A DNA stretch of 64,000 nt from Candidatus Latescibacterota bacterium (lineage in GTDB: Bacteria > Latescibacterota > UBA2968): positions 5,472,001-5,536,000 of the forward strand of contig OZ241986.1 of the NCBI GenBank assembly GCA_965204375.1. The letters run 5' to 3'. The notes below the pieces were generated by a model. That model did not search any database and was not told the origin of the DNA. It saw nothing but the letters and a program-made list of their open reading frames with translations. Shown piece by piece: positions 36,325-44,558 of the stretch; the stretch's first letter is position 1; the number at the start of each line of letters is the position of its first letter. Made by a program: the position numbers and the translations under genes.

Positions 36325-38045
36325 CCTGAAAAATTCATAAAAAAGGTAGTTTCCTTATTCAAGTCATTGTATTATTATAGGTTATCACCATAACCATTAA
36401 ACAATAGACTTGGAGGAAACTACCATGGGGTCACAAGATAAACATCGCAAGGTTCCTTTGGCAAGCATTTTCGGCAAACGGCTTGACCTCGCCTTTGATG
36501 GGGGCATTCTCACCAGCGATAGCGGCGCGTTATTGCTTCGAGAAGTAGAGGCAAAATCTGGCATTTTAACACGCATGAGTGCTGCGATCAGGGATCGTCG
36601 GCATAAGAGTTATGTGAGGCACTCCGTCGCAGAGTTGGTCAAGCAACGGGTGTTCCAGATAGCCTGTGGGTATGAAGATGGCAATGATTGTGATGCCTTA
36701 CGCAGCGATCCGGGTATCAAGGCCGCCTGTGGTGTCTTGCCGCTTTCAGGTAAAGACTTGGGCAGTCAACCCACGATGAGCCGGTTTGAGAACCAGATCA
36801 GGCGAAGCGACTTGTATCGGATTGCCCGTGCCTTCCTCGATTGTTTTATCGCTTCGTATAAAAAGCCGCCCGAGGCGATCATCTTAGATATTGATGATAC
36901 ACAGGATACGGTTTATGGGACCCAGCAGTTGTCCCTATTCAATGGCTATTACAATGCCTACACCTATCAGCCCTTGCATATTTATGAGGGACAAACCGGT
37001 AAGTTGATCACTACGATATTGCGTCCCGGTATCCGTCCGACCGGCCAACAGATAGTCGCCATTATCAAGCGTTTGGTGGCCTATCTGCGTCAGGCTTGGC
37101 CTGATGTGGCGATCATCTTGCGGGGTGATGCCCACTTTTCTTGTCCGCAAGTCCATCACCTTTGTGAGACTGATGACCTGTATTTTATCTTAGGACAGAC
37201 CAGCAATGCCAAGCTTTGTGAGGCGGCACAACCCCTTATCGCGCAGGCCAAAAGGCTTTATGCACATACAAAGGAGGCCGTGCGTCTTTTTACCTCGTTT
37301 TCCTATCAGGCAAAGAGTTGGAACAAGGCACAACGCATCGTATGCAAGGTCGAAATCAGTGACCGAGGCCAAAACACACGCTTTGTCGTGACCAACCTGA
37401 AAAGTTCAATGGCGTCCTTTATCTATCAAAGCGTCTATTGTGCGCGCGGACAGATGGAAAACTTCATTAAAAATCACAAAACCTTTCTCCACTCTGACCG
37501 CACATCCTGTCACAGCTTTACTGCCAATCAGTTCCGCCTCTTTCTCCATTCTGCCGCCTATGTCTTGATACAGACATTGGCGCAAATAGGATTCAATGGC
37601 ACAAGGTGGATAAACGCGCAGGTCAATACCATTCAAAATCGCTTCCTCAAAGTCGCAGGACGCGTCTGTGAGTTGAAAACAAGGATCACCTTCCATCTGC
37701 CTGTGTCCTATCCTTTGCAACATCTGTATCATAAAATCCTACACAATCTGAAAAGGGCAGGACCTTAACCCAAAACGCAGGAGGGCAGAGATGGCAAGCA
37801 GAAGGCAGACAACATCACTGGCGCACACCGCCTTGTGCTGGGCAAAGACTCGGCAGGCAAGGGCAAGGGGGAACCTCTGCCCTTTTTGACTACCACAGGC
37901 ACGCTCTACCAATGACATTGACCTGTCAGAACCCGGTAAAAACACAATCGGGAGCAACAAAAACAGAAAAACACGGACAGAGGGCTTACAACATCGAAAT
38001 GATGACATAAATAGACTATTCAAAAACTTTCATGAATTAGTCGGG
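36325..38045 (+). mobile_element. IS1380-family insertion sequence, 1721 bp, TTAA target duplication
   Basis: Left end CCTGAAAAATTCATAAAA; reverse complement of right end CCCGACTAATTCATGAAA; TTAA at 36321-36324 and 38046-38049. Confidence 0.9.
36425..37768 (+). CDS. IS1380-family DDE transposase
   Basis: FDGGILTSDSG, GYEDGND, SQPTMSRFEN, LDIDDT, LRGDAHF, YCARGQMENFIK. Confidence 0.92.
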   Translation: MGSQDKHRKVPLASIFGKRLDLAFDGGILTSDSGALLLREVEAKSGILTRMSAAIRDRRHKSYVRHSVAELVKQRVFQIACGYEDGNDCDALRSDPGIKAACGVLPLSGKDLGSQPTMSRFENQIRRSDLYRIARAFLDCFIASYKKPPEAIILDIDDTQDTVYGTQQLSLFNGYYNAYTYQPLHIYEGQTGKLITTILRPGIRPTGQQIVAIIKRLVAYLRQAWPDVAIILRGDAHFSCPQVHHLCETDDLYFILGQTSNAKLCEAAQPLIAQAKRLYAHTKEAVRLFTSFSYQAKSWNKAQRIVCKVEISDRGQNTRFVVTNLKSSMASFIYQSVYCARGQMENFIKNHKTFLHSDRTSCHSFTANQFRLFLHSAAYVLIQTLAQIGFNGTRWINAQVNTIQNRFLKVAGRVCELKTRITFHLPVSYPLQHLYHKILHNLKRAGP

Positions 38046-38785
38046 TTAAAGACTCAGAGATGATAATTATTTCTGCTGAGAATAAGAAGAATGTCCTTGA
38101 CGCCGTTGAGATTCTTGAGTCAGATGGTATCGTACAGGGCTTCTTGGGAATCGTTGATGCAGACTTTGGGCATGTTGATGATTCGTTGCCGACTTCGCAG
38201 AATGTCGTTGTCACTGACGACCACGACGTAGAAATGATGATCATTAGAACTAAGGCATTTGATGAGGTCTTGAGTGAACTGGGGTCGAAATGTAAAATTC
38301 GCAAATTTCCAGATCGAGAGCGTGGAATACACGATACCTTGATGAAGAAAGCACTGGTAGTAGGACACCTCCGCCACTTATCTGTGACAGATGACCTTCG
38401 CTTGCGTTTTGAAGGATTGCGTTTTGAAGGCTTCATTAATCGTGATACGTTGAAAATGGATAAGAACAAAATGATAAATAACGTTTTTCAGTTAACAAAA
38501 AACCCACAATTAGAGATGGAAGATATTCGGAACAGATTTTTGAAGCTTATAGAAGATGAAAATGGCGATCCTTATCAAATCTGTTGTGGGCACGACTTTG
38601 TTGCGATCTTTGGCATCGCGTTGAGAAAGGTTATAGGAAGCAGGTCAAAGGAAGCTGCGAGTCCTGAAGCACTGGGTCGTACGCTACGCCTTGCGTACGA
38701 CAGCGAAGATTTTCGTAAAACCAAGCTCTACTCAGATGCGAAGAGTTGGTCTAAAAGGAATCAAGGCTACGATATTTTCAGGTAA
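38046..38785 (+). pseudogene. 3' part of DUF4435 gene (AriB-like)
   Basis: GIVDADF, TDDHDVEMM, GHDF; removing the IS and one TTAA gives in-frame ...KFVKDSEMIII..., 284 aa. Confidence 0.85.
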
Positions 38786-38800
38786 AAAGCTGTTCTAAAA

Positions 38801-38840
38801 AAAACAAATTATTCAATATAATTCGTCCATTGATGCGCTG
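38801..38840 (+). pseudogene. 5' fragment of the TumA-like gene
   Basis: 37/40 nt identical to 23743-23782 (manual alignment). Confidence 0.8.
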
Positions 38841-38864
38841 AATTCCGCGATGAAAAGGGGTGTG

Positions 38865-38922
38865 TTGCAAAAACAAGCGGAATGGGGCTATACTTGTTGA
38901 CACAGAGAGATGCGATTAGGCA
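38865..38922 (+). promoter_or_regulatory. Repeated promoter element, copy 3
   Basis: TTGCAA-18-TATACT inside AACAAG...CTTGTTGACACAGAGAG. Confidence 0.65.
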
Positions 38923-39075
38923 AGATCGACTCATCGGTTTGTATCTGTATATTTGTGTGCATTACAAGACCCATCTGTGGACGCATGCTCAATGGCTAAG
39001 CAATAACAATCGTCCTGAATTTACAATGTGAATTGGGTATTATGCGAAAACACATCACGATTAAGGAGACGTTCA

Positions 39076-39383
39076 ATAATTATTACGCTTACTCCTGATA
39101 TCGAGCAGGCGTTGGCCGATCAGGCGCATAAACTGGGAACCACGCCCGAAAACTCGCTCTCGACAGTCTGCGGGAGCGTTTCGCGCCGGAGTTGGCTTGT
39201 GACGCACAGTCGGAGGCCGAAAAAAAAAGAATGCTGGCTGAGTTTTTGCGCGATCACGTCGGCGTTCTGAACAGCAGTGAACACGTTCCTGGCGGTGCTC
39301 GCATGTCGGAGGACACTGGCAGGAAGTTCACCGAGATACTGATCAAAAAGCATCGGCGAAGATCGCAATGGCAGGATGGTTGA
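39076..39383 (+). pseudogene. Antitoxin-like pseudogene (lost start codon, frameshift)
   Basis: AAGGAG RBS then ATA instead of ATG; IITLTPDIEQALADQAHKLGTTPE, 1-nt deletion in an A run, then LALDSLRERF...LAEFLRDHVGVLNSSEHVPGGARMSED. Confidence 0.65.
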
Positions 39384-39404
39384 TTATCTACGATAAGAGG
39401 TGAT

Positions 39405-40307
39405 ATGGTGAAACGAAAATTGGGATATGTGGGGCTGGGGATGATGGGTGGCGGGATGGCGAGTCATTTGGTTGCGAGTGGTTATGATGTCGCGGTTCAC
39501 GATTTGCGCGATGAAGCGGTGCAGGTTTTGCAGGAGAAGGGCGCAACGGGTGTGAATACGCCCCGGGCGGTTGCCGAGCAGTCGGAGGTTGTTATTTCTT
39601 CGCTGCCGACGCCGCAGGCTGTTGAGCAAGTCGCTTTGGGATCAGATGGTATTGTTTCAGGATTGTCGGCGGGTCAGGTTTATATCGATATGAGTTCGAT
39701 TGATCCGGATACGACGCGCAGGGTTGGCAGGGTTATAGCGGAAAAGGGCGGTCACATGCTGGATGTGCCTGTGGGCAAGGGTCCGACAGATGCGGCACGA
39801 GGTGGATTGACGCTGATGATTGGCGGCGATGCCGATGTGGTGGCGTCTGTGCAAGATGTGCTGGATACATTGGGCGATGAGCAGTTTTATTGTGGCGAGT
39901 TGGGCATGGGTGTGACGACCAAACTCGTCAATAATCTGGTGTCGTGTTCGGTTGCGACGCTGTTGGGTGAGGCTTTTGCGATGGGTGCTGCCGCAGGATT
40001 GGATGTCAATGTTTTGTGGGATGTGATGTCGAATACGGCTGCAAATTCCTCGCATTTGCAGGGGAGTTTTAAGCGCCGCGCTCTGGTGCGAAATTTTGAA
40101 CCCTATTTTAAGCTGCGACTGTCGCATAAGGATCTCGGGTTGGCCGCACAGATGGCCGCTTCACTGGGTGCGACAAATTTGATGGGCGCGGCAGCGTATC
40201 AGATTCAGACCATAGCGATGGGGATGGGGTTGGGCGATGAAGATCAGACAGCGTCGATTAAGGTGGCGGAGAAGACTGCGGGGACTGAAGTGAGAAGTGT
40301 GAAGTGA
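39405..40307 (+). CDS. NAD(P)-dependent beta-hydroxyacid dehydrogenase (3-hydroxyisobutyrate dehydrogenase family)
   Basis: VGLGMMG, IDMSSI, LDVPV, KLVNN, KDLGLA. Confidence 0.9.
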   Translation: MVKRKLGYVGLGMMGGGMASHLVASGYDVAVHDLRDEAVQVLQEKGATGVNTPRAVAEQSEVVISSLPTPQAVEQVALGSDGIVSGLSAGQVYIDMSSIDPDTTRRVGRVIAEKGGHMLDVPVGKGPTDAARGGLTLMIGGDADVVASVQDVLDTLGDEQFYCGELGMGVTTKLVNNLVSCSVATLLGEAFAMGAAAGLDVNVLWDVMSNTAANSSHLQGSFKRRALVRNFEPYFKLRLSHKDLGLAAQMAASLGATNLMGAAAYQIQTIAMGMGLGDEDQTASIKVAEKTAGTEVRSVK

Positions 40308-40318
40308 GAAGTGTGAAG
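40287..40318 (+). repeat. AAGTG(A/T)G heptamer repeat overlapping the stop codon
   Basis: GAAGTGAGAAGTGTGAAGTGAGAAGTGTGAAG. Confidence 0.75.
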
Positions 40319-40353
40319 GTGCGGGGAGTACTTCAAAGAAAAGGAGAACGAAG

Positions 40354-41214
40354 ATGCCAGTTTTGAGCGAGAAGGATTGGGATTTTTGGCGAGAGAATGG
40401 GTATGTGGTAGTACACAATGCGGTGCCGCAGGAAAATTTGGATGCGATGGTGGATACGATCTGGACATTTTTGGATATGGATCGCGATGATCCAGAGGAT
40501 TGGTATAAGTACAAACCCTATACGCGAGGGAATCCGTGTTCGATGATTGCGGCGTCGGGGATGGTGGAGATTTATCAGCATCAGGCACTGTGGGATAACC
40601 GGCAGTATCCCCGCTTGCATCAGGCGTTTTCCGAAATTTGGGGTACGGAGAAGTTGTGGGTATCGCTGGATCGCGCGAATATGAAGCCGCCTTCGCGGGC
40701 GGATAAACCCGATTGGCAAAATGAAGGCATGATTCACTGGGATACGGATACGTCTGTGCCCAAAGTGCCTTTTGGCGTGCAGGGGGTGTTGTATTTGACG
40801 GATACTTCAGAGGATCAGGGCGGGTTTCAATGTGTGCCGGGGTTTAATAATATTTTTGAGGAGTGGGTCAAGACGCAGCCAGAGGATCGCGATCCCCGGC
40901 GGCCCAATCTGGATGATCTGGAGGTGAAGTCGATTCCGGGCAAGGCAGGTGATCTTTTGATCTGGCATCGGTTGCTGGCACACGGTAATGGACATAACCG
41001 TTCGAATAGGCCCCGTCTGGCGCAGTATATTACGATGTCGCCAGCAGAGGGTCGCGGAGAGGCAGAGCGGGATGAGCGCATTCAGGCATGGCGAGATTGC
41101 AGGCCCACGCCCCGCTGGCCGGGTGATCCGAGGGATTGGGAACACAAAACGCAGAAGCCAGCGAAGTTGACGGAATTGGGTGAGAAGTTGTTGGGCGTGA
41201 CATCGTGGAATTGA
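40354..41214 (+). CDS. PhyH-family dioxygenase
   Basis: FWRENGYVV, IHWD, GGFQCVPG, KAGDLLIWHRLLAHG, RLAQY. Confidence 0.85.
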   Translation: MPVLSEKDWDFWRENGYVVVHNAVPQENLDAMVDTIWTFLDMDRDDPEDWYKYKPYTRGNPCSMIAASGMVEIYQHQALWDNRQYPRLHQAFSEIWGTEKLWVSLDRANMKPPSRADKPDWQNEGMIHWDTDTSVPKVPFGVQGVLYLTDTSEDQGGFQCVPGFNNIFEEWVKTQPEDRDPRRPNLDDLEVKSIPGKAGDLLIWHRLLAHGNGHNRSNRPRLAQYITMSPAEGRGEAERDERIQAWRDCRPTPRWPGDPRDWEHKTQKPAKLTELGEKLLGVTSWN

Positions 41215-41230
41215 AAGACTGAGGAGTCCC

Positions 41231-41992
41231 ATGGGTGTTTTAACGGAAGCGCAACGCGCGCAATACGAAAGAGATGGGTATCTTCTGGCGTCGGATTTGA
41301 TTCCAGAGGATGTGGCAGAACGAGCAGAAGCGGCGATGTGGCGGATTATGGGTATGACGCCAGATGAGCCAGAGACATGGCATCGAAAACCCGAAGGTGT
41401 TGCTGGTTTTCAGGCTGCGCGGGGATTGTCTGTGTTTAACGGTCTTCGCGATCGGGATTTGATGGCCTGTGTAACGCCGCAGTATTTGAAGGCGACTGCT
41501 GAGTTGATCGGCGAAGATGATGTGCATCCGCCGGAAGCGGTCCACACGCAGAATAAAGTTCCCGTCAATGGGGAGTGGTCTTTGCCGAAGGCGCATGTAG
41601 ATGGCATTCCCAAAGAACACATGCACGAGACGTTTCCCGGTCCCTATCGCATTGCGAGTCTGGTATTTTTGAGCGATGTGAAACACAAAGGGGGTGGGAC
41701 GGCGGTTTTTCCCGGGTCGCATCGCAAGATTCTCGCGCTTGCAGAGTCGGATCGAGAAAAGTACAAGTACCTGTTTCACCTGAACCGGGATATTCCCGGA
41801 CTGGATTTGGGCGATCCGATTGAGTTGACGCCAAAACGCGGGGATGTGTTGTTTTTTACTTATTTGTTCGGACATAATGGTACGGCAAATGTGGGTGGGC
41901 GTCCGCGCTGGATGATGCGGTATTTTTGCTCTTGCAAAGGATGTCAGACCCGCTGGAAGAAGACGGAAGATTGGGGTCTGTGGTCACCGTGA
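41231..41992 (+). CDS. PhyH-family dioxygenase
   Basis: YERDGYL, AHVD, GGGTAVFPGSH, FGHNG. Confidence 0.85.
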   Translation: MGVLTEAQRAQYERDGYLLASDLIPEDVAERAEAAMWRIMGMTPDEPETWHRKPEGVAGFQAARGLSVFNGLRDRDLMACVTPQYLKATAELIGEDDVHPPEAVHTQNKVPVNGEWSLPKAHVDGIPKEHMHETFPGPYRIASLVFLSDVKHKGGGTAVFPGSHRKILALAESDREKYKYLFHLNRDIPGLDLGDPIELTPKRGDVLFFTYLFGHNGTANVGGRPRWMMRYFCSCKGCQTRWKKTEDWGLWSP

Positions 41993-41999
41993 GGAGTGT

Positions 42000-42779
42000 G
42001 TGATGGAACTGACAAAGTCTCAGAAGTTGGAATTTTACAGCGAAGGGTTTTTGAAGATTGAAGGTGCTGTGCCGGGCGTGATGGTGGAGGCGGCGCGGCA
42101 GGCGATTAATGCGGAGATTGGGAAGGGTATGAGGCATGGTTTTGCGGATATTCGCGCGATGCCGGTGATTACCGATATGTTTAACGAGACGCCGGTGTTT
42201 TCATTGCTCGAATCGGCATTGGGCAAGGGGAATTTGCAATGCCAGAGCAATGGTGCTGTGAAACTGAATTATCCCGCGGGAGTTGGGACGCCGCAACGGG
42301 ATCCTCAACTCGCGACTGCGGGACCTCCGTTGCGAACGGGTGGTCATTTGGATGGGATTGCAAAGGCGCGTGATTTTTTGAGGGGGACGGCTGAAGAGAG
42401 TGGATACAGTCGGGATTTTACGGCTTTTGCTGTGGTGTATCTGGACGATGTGCCCGCGTCGTATTGCGGCAATTTTACGGTTTGGCCAAAGTCACATCAT
42501 GTGATGGAGGATGTGTTTCGAGAAAGAGGGCACGAGATTTTGTTGAATTATATGCCCGATGTGACGGTGCCCGATGGTCCAGTGCAGTTGACCGGCGAGC
42601 CTGGCGATCTCATTCTGGCGCATCATCAGATTATTCACACGGCGGCGATTAATGCGTGTCCAGATATCCGATATGCCGTGATTTTCAGGGCGAGGCATGT
42701 CGATATCGGGAAGAATGGCATGGATGTGTTTACGGATATCTGGCGGGAGTGGGATGGGATCAGAGCGGAGATTGAGTAG
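42000..42779 (+). CDS. PhyH-family dioxygenase
   Basis: FYSEGFL, GHLD, GNFTVWPKSH, GDLILAHHQIIH, IRYA. Confidence 0.85.
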   Translation: MMELTKSQKLEFYSEGFLKIEGAVPGVMVEAARQAINAEIGKGMRHGFADIRAMPVITDMFNETPVFSLLESALGKGNLQCQSNGAVKLNYPAGVGTPQRDPQLATAGPPLRTGGHLDGIAKARDFLRGTAEESGYSRDFTAFAVVYLDDVPASYCGNFTVWPKSHHVMEDVFRERGHEILLNYMPDVTVPDGPVQLTGEPGDLILAHHQIIHTAAINACPDIRYAVIFRARHVDIGKNGMDVFTDIWREWDGIRAEIE

Positions 42780-42791
42780 CCGGAGTGTGAG

Positions 42792-43580
42792 ATGGATTTG
42801 GGATTGAAGGGAAAAAGAGCGGTTGTTACGGGGGGTAGTCAGGGGATTGGGCGTTGCTGCGCGCTGGCTTTGGCGCGGGAGGGCGCGCGTGTGTGTATTG
42901 CGGCGCGTACGCGGGAGACGTTGGATGCGGTGGTTGCCGAGATCAATGCAGCGGGTGGGGAAGGGCATGCGGTTGCGGTTGATTTGACGCGGGAAGAGAA
43001 TTGCGAGGTGGTGGTGAATGAGGCTATAGGCGCGTTTGGGGGGGTGGATGTGCTGGTCAATAATGTGGGGGCTGCGCGCAATGCCGATATTTTGGATTTG
43101 GATGTGGCGCAGATTAGCGAGGCGTTGGAGCTGAAGAGTTATAGCTATTTGCGGATGGCGCAGTTGGTGATTCCGCTGATGCGAGAAAATGGATGGGGGC
43201 GCATTGTCAATGTCGCGGGTGGTGCGGGTACGAGTCCTACGCGGGGCAATATTCCGACGGGGTCGGCAAATGCGATTATTTTGAATATGACGCGCGCGCT
43301 GTCCGATGCGGTGTCTGGCGATGGTATTCTGGTGAATGCGGTTTGCCCGGGGTTGACCAATACCCCACGCGCGCGTTCGCAGCAAAGGGCGCGGGCAGAC
43401 CGCGAGGGGCGAGATGTCGAGGCGGTGCTCAAAGACATGGGCGCAGAGTTGCCCGCCGGACGCATGGCCGAGCCTGAGGAGATCGCCAATGTCGTTGCTT
43501 TTCTGGCGTCTGAGGCGTGTTCTTATGTGTTTGGGAGTTCGATTTATATGGATGGCGGTGGGCGGAGAGGAACGCCGTAG
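42792..43580 (+). CDS. Short-chain dehydrogenase/reductase
   Basis: TGGSQGIG, LVNNVG, VCPG, DGG; canonical YxxxK not present (atypical SDR). Confidence 0.85.
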   Translation: MDLGLKGKRAVVTGGSQGIGRCCALALAREGARVCIAARTRETLDAVVAEINAAGGEGHAVAVDLTREENCEVVVNEAIGAFGGVDVLVNNVGAARNADILDLDVAQISEALELKSYSYLRMAQLVIPLMRENGWGRIVNVAGGAGTSPTRGNIPTGSANAIILNMTRALSDAVSGDGILVNAVCPGLTNTPRARSQQRARADREGRDVEAVLKDMGAELPAGRMAEPEEIANVVAFLASEACSYVFGSSIYMDGGGRRGTP

Positions 43581-43626
43581 GGAAGTGTGATCCGCAGATA
43601 ACGCAGATGAAAGCAGATGAAAGGCG
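43580..43626 (+). repeat. Short copy of the GGGAAGTGTGATCC-(GCAGATGAA)n-AGGCGA element
   Basis: Same left and right flanks as 16486-16632 but only 3 units. Confidence 0.8.
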
Positions 43627-43746
43627 AGAAGCAAAATATCGCTGGACAATGTAACCTTTATCGGGTAGTTTTTGCGAAGTGGCTTACGAGAACAGGCGGG
43701 TCAAAAGAACGGCGTTTATTTATGTCTCAAACCGTAAGGAAAGCCA

Positions 43747-44031
43747 ATGGCGATTGAAACCGTTGAAAAGGAACAAGCTGAGCTCAAAGGGCAATTTGAT
43801 CAATTCGACAAGCGCGTTGAACGTATGCAAACAGATGTTGACAATACCAAAAGCGAATTGACACAAGCTATAAATCGCTTGTCTGATAAAATGGATGCGG
43901 GTTTTCAAAATGTAAGGGAAGAAATACAATCGGCAAAGCAAGAGTTTGGCAACACGCGCAATTGGCAAATTTCTTGTGTCATTGCTGCCGTTATTGCGGT
44001 CTGTGCGGTTGTCGGGTTGCTGATCAAATAA
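43747..44031 (+). CDS. Small coiled-coil protein with C-terminal TM helix
   Basis: AAGGA RBS; heptad-like segment then ISCVIAAVIAVCAVVGLLIK. Confidence 0.65.
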   Translation: MAIETVEKEQAELKGQFDQFDKRVERMQTDVDNTKSELTQAINRLSDKMDAGFQNVREEIQSAKQEFGNTRNWQISCVIAAVIAVCAVVGLLIK

Positions 44032-44043
44032 CACATTGAAATC

Positions 44044-44403
44044 ATGGGACTCGTATTTCTCGACATTGGTATCGCTAATCCCGCTCGGTCAGAGGACTTT
44101 CAGACCGAGCATTTTCTCATTGACTCAGGTACTGTCTATTCCGTGGTTCAGCGATCTGTTCTTGAGGCACTGGGCATTCAGCCTCATTCTCGTCGAACCT
44201 TTACGCTGGCAAATGGCGATCAAATTGAACGCGAGTTGGACGATGCGCTGTTTCGGTACAAAGAACACCGGGGCGCAGCACCTGTTATTTTTGGTGAACC
44301 CGGTGATAGCAATCTTCTGGGCGTTGTTACCCTTGAAGCCCTGGGTTATGTTCTGGATCCTCTGAAACGAGAACTTCGGTCTTTGCCGATGCTTTTAGCT
44401 TGA
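44044..44403 (+). CDS. Clan AA (retropepsin-like) aspartic protease
   Basis: FLIDSG catalytic motif, TLANG, LLGVVTLE. Confidence 0.85.
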   Translation: MGLVFLDIGIANPARSEDFQTEHFLIDSGTVYSVVQRSVLEALGIQPHSRRTFTLANGDQIERELDDALFRYKEHRGAAPVIFGEPGDSNLLGVVTLEALGYVLDPLKRELRSLPMLLA

Positions 44404-44449
44404 TTATTTTAGGTGAGGTATAGGATATTGAAAATTATTTGTGACGTTT

Positions 44450-44477
44450 AAAAATCCGCATATGCGGATTTTTTTTT
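44450..44477 (+). terminator. Perfect 24-bp palindrome followed by T tract
   Basis: AAAAATCCGCATATGCGGATTTTT. Confidence 0.55.
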
Positions 44478-44558
44478 GCCCGAAAGAAAACCGGATGGTT
44501 CTGGGGTGTGTCTATATAGGTGAGAGGTGAGATTTGGGATACCATTCGGAGGATATAG

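Noticed and set aside
37769-38045. ncRNA or passenger gene after the transposase
   Set aside because: Lies within the IS ends; no convincing ORF or structure recognised
38060-38785. Independent 241-aa gene
   Set aside because: It is the 3' part of the IS-split DUF4435 gene and lacks the VEGxxD motif
38926-38970. Similarity to the tumA-like promoter region (23683-23722)
   Set aside because: Only short gapped matches (CTCATC, TATCTG, TATATT); cannot exclude chance by eye
24537-39383. Integron, prophage or ICE
   Set aside because: No tyrosine/serine recombinase, attC-like sites, phage structural or conjugation genes visible
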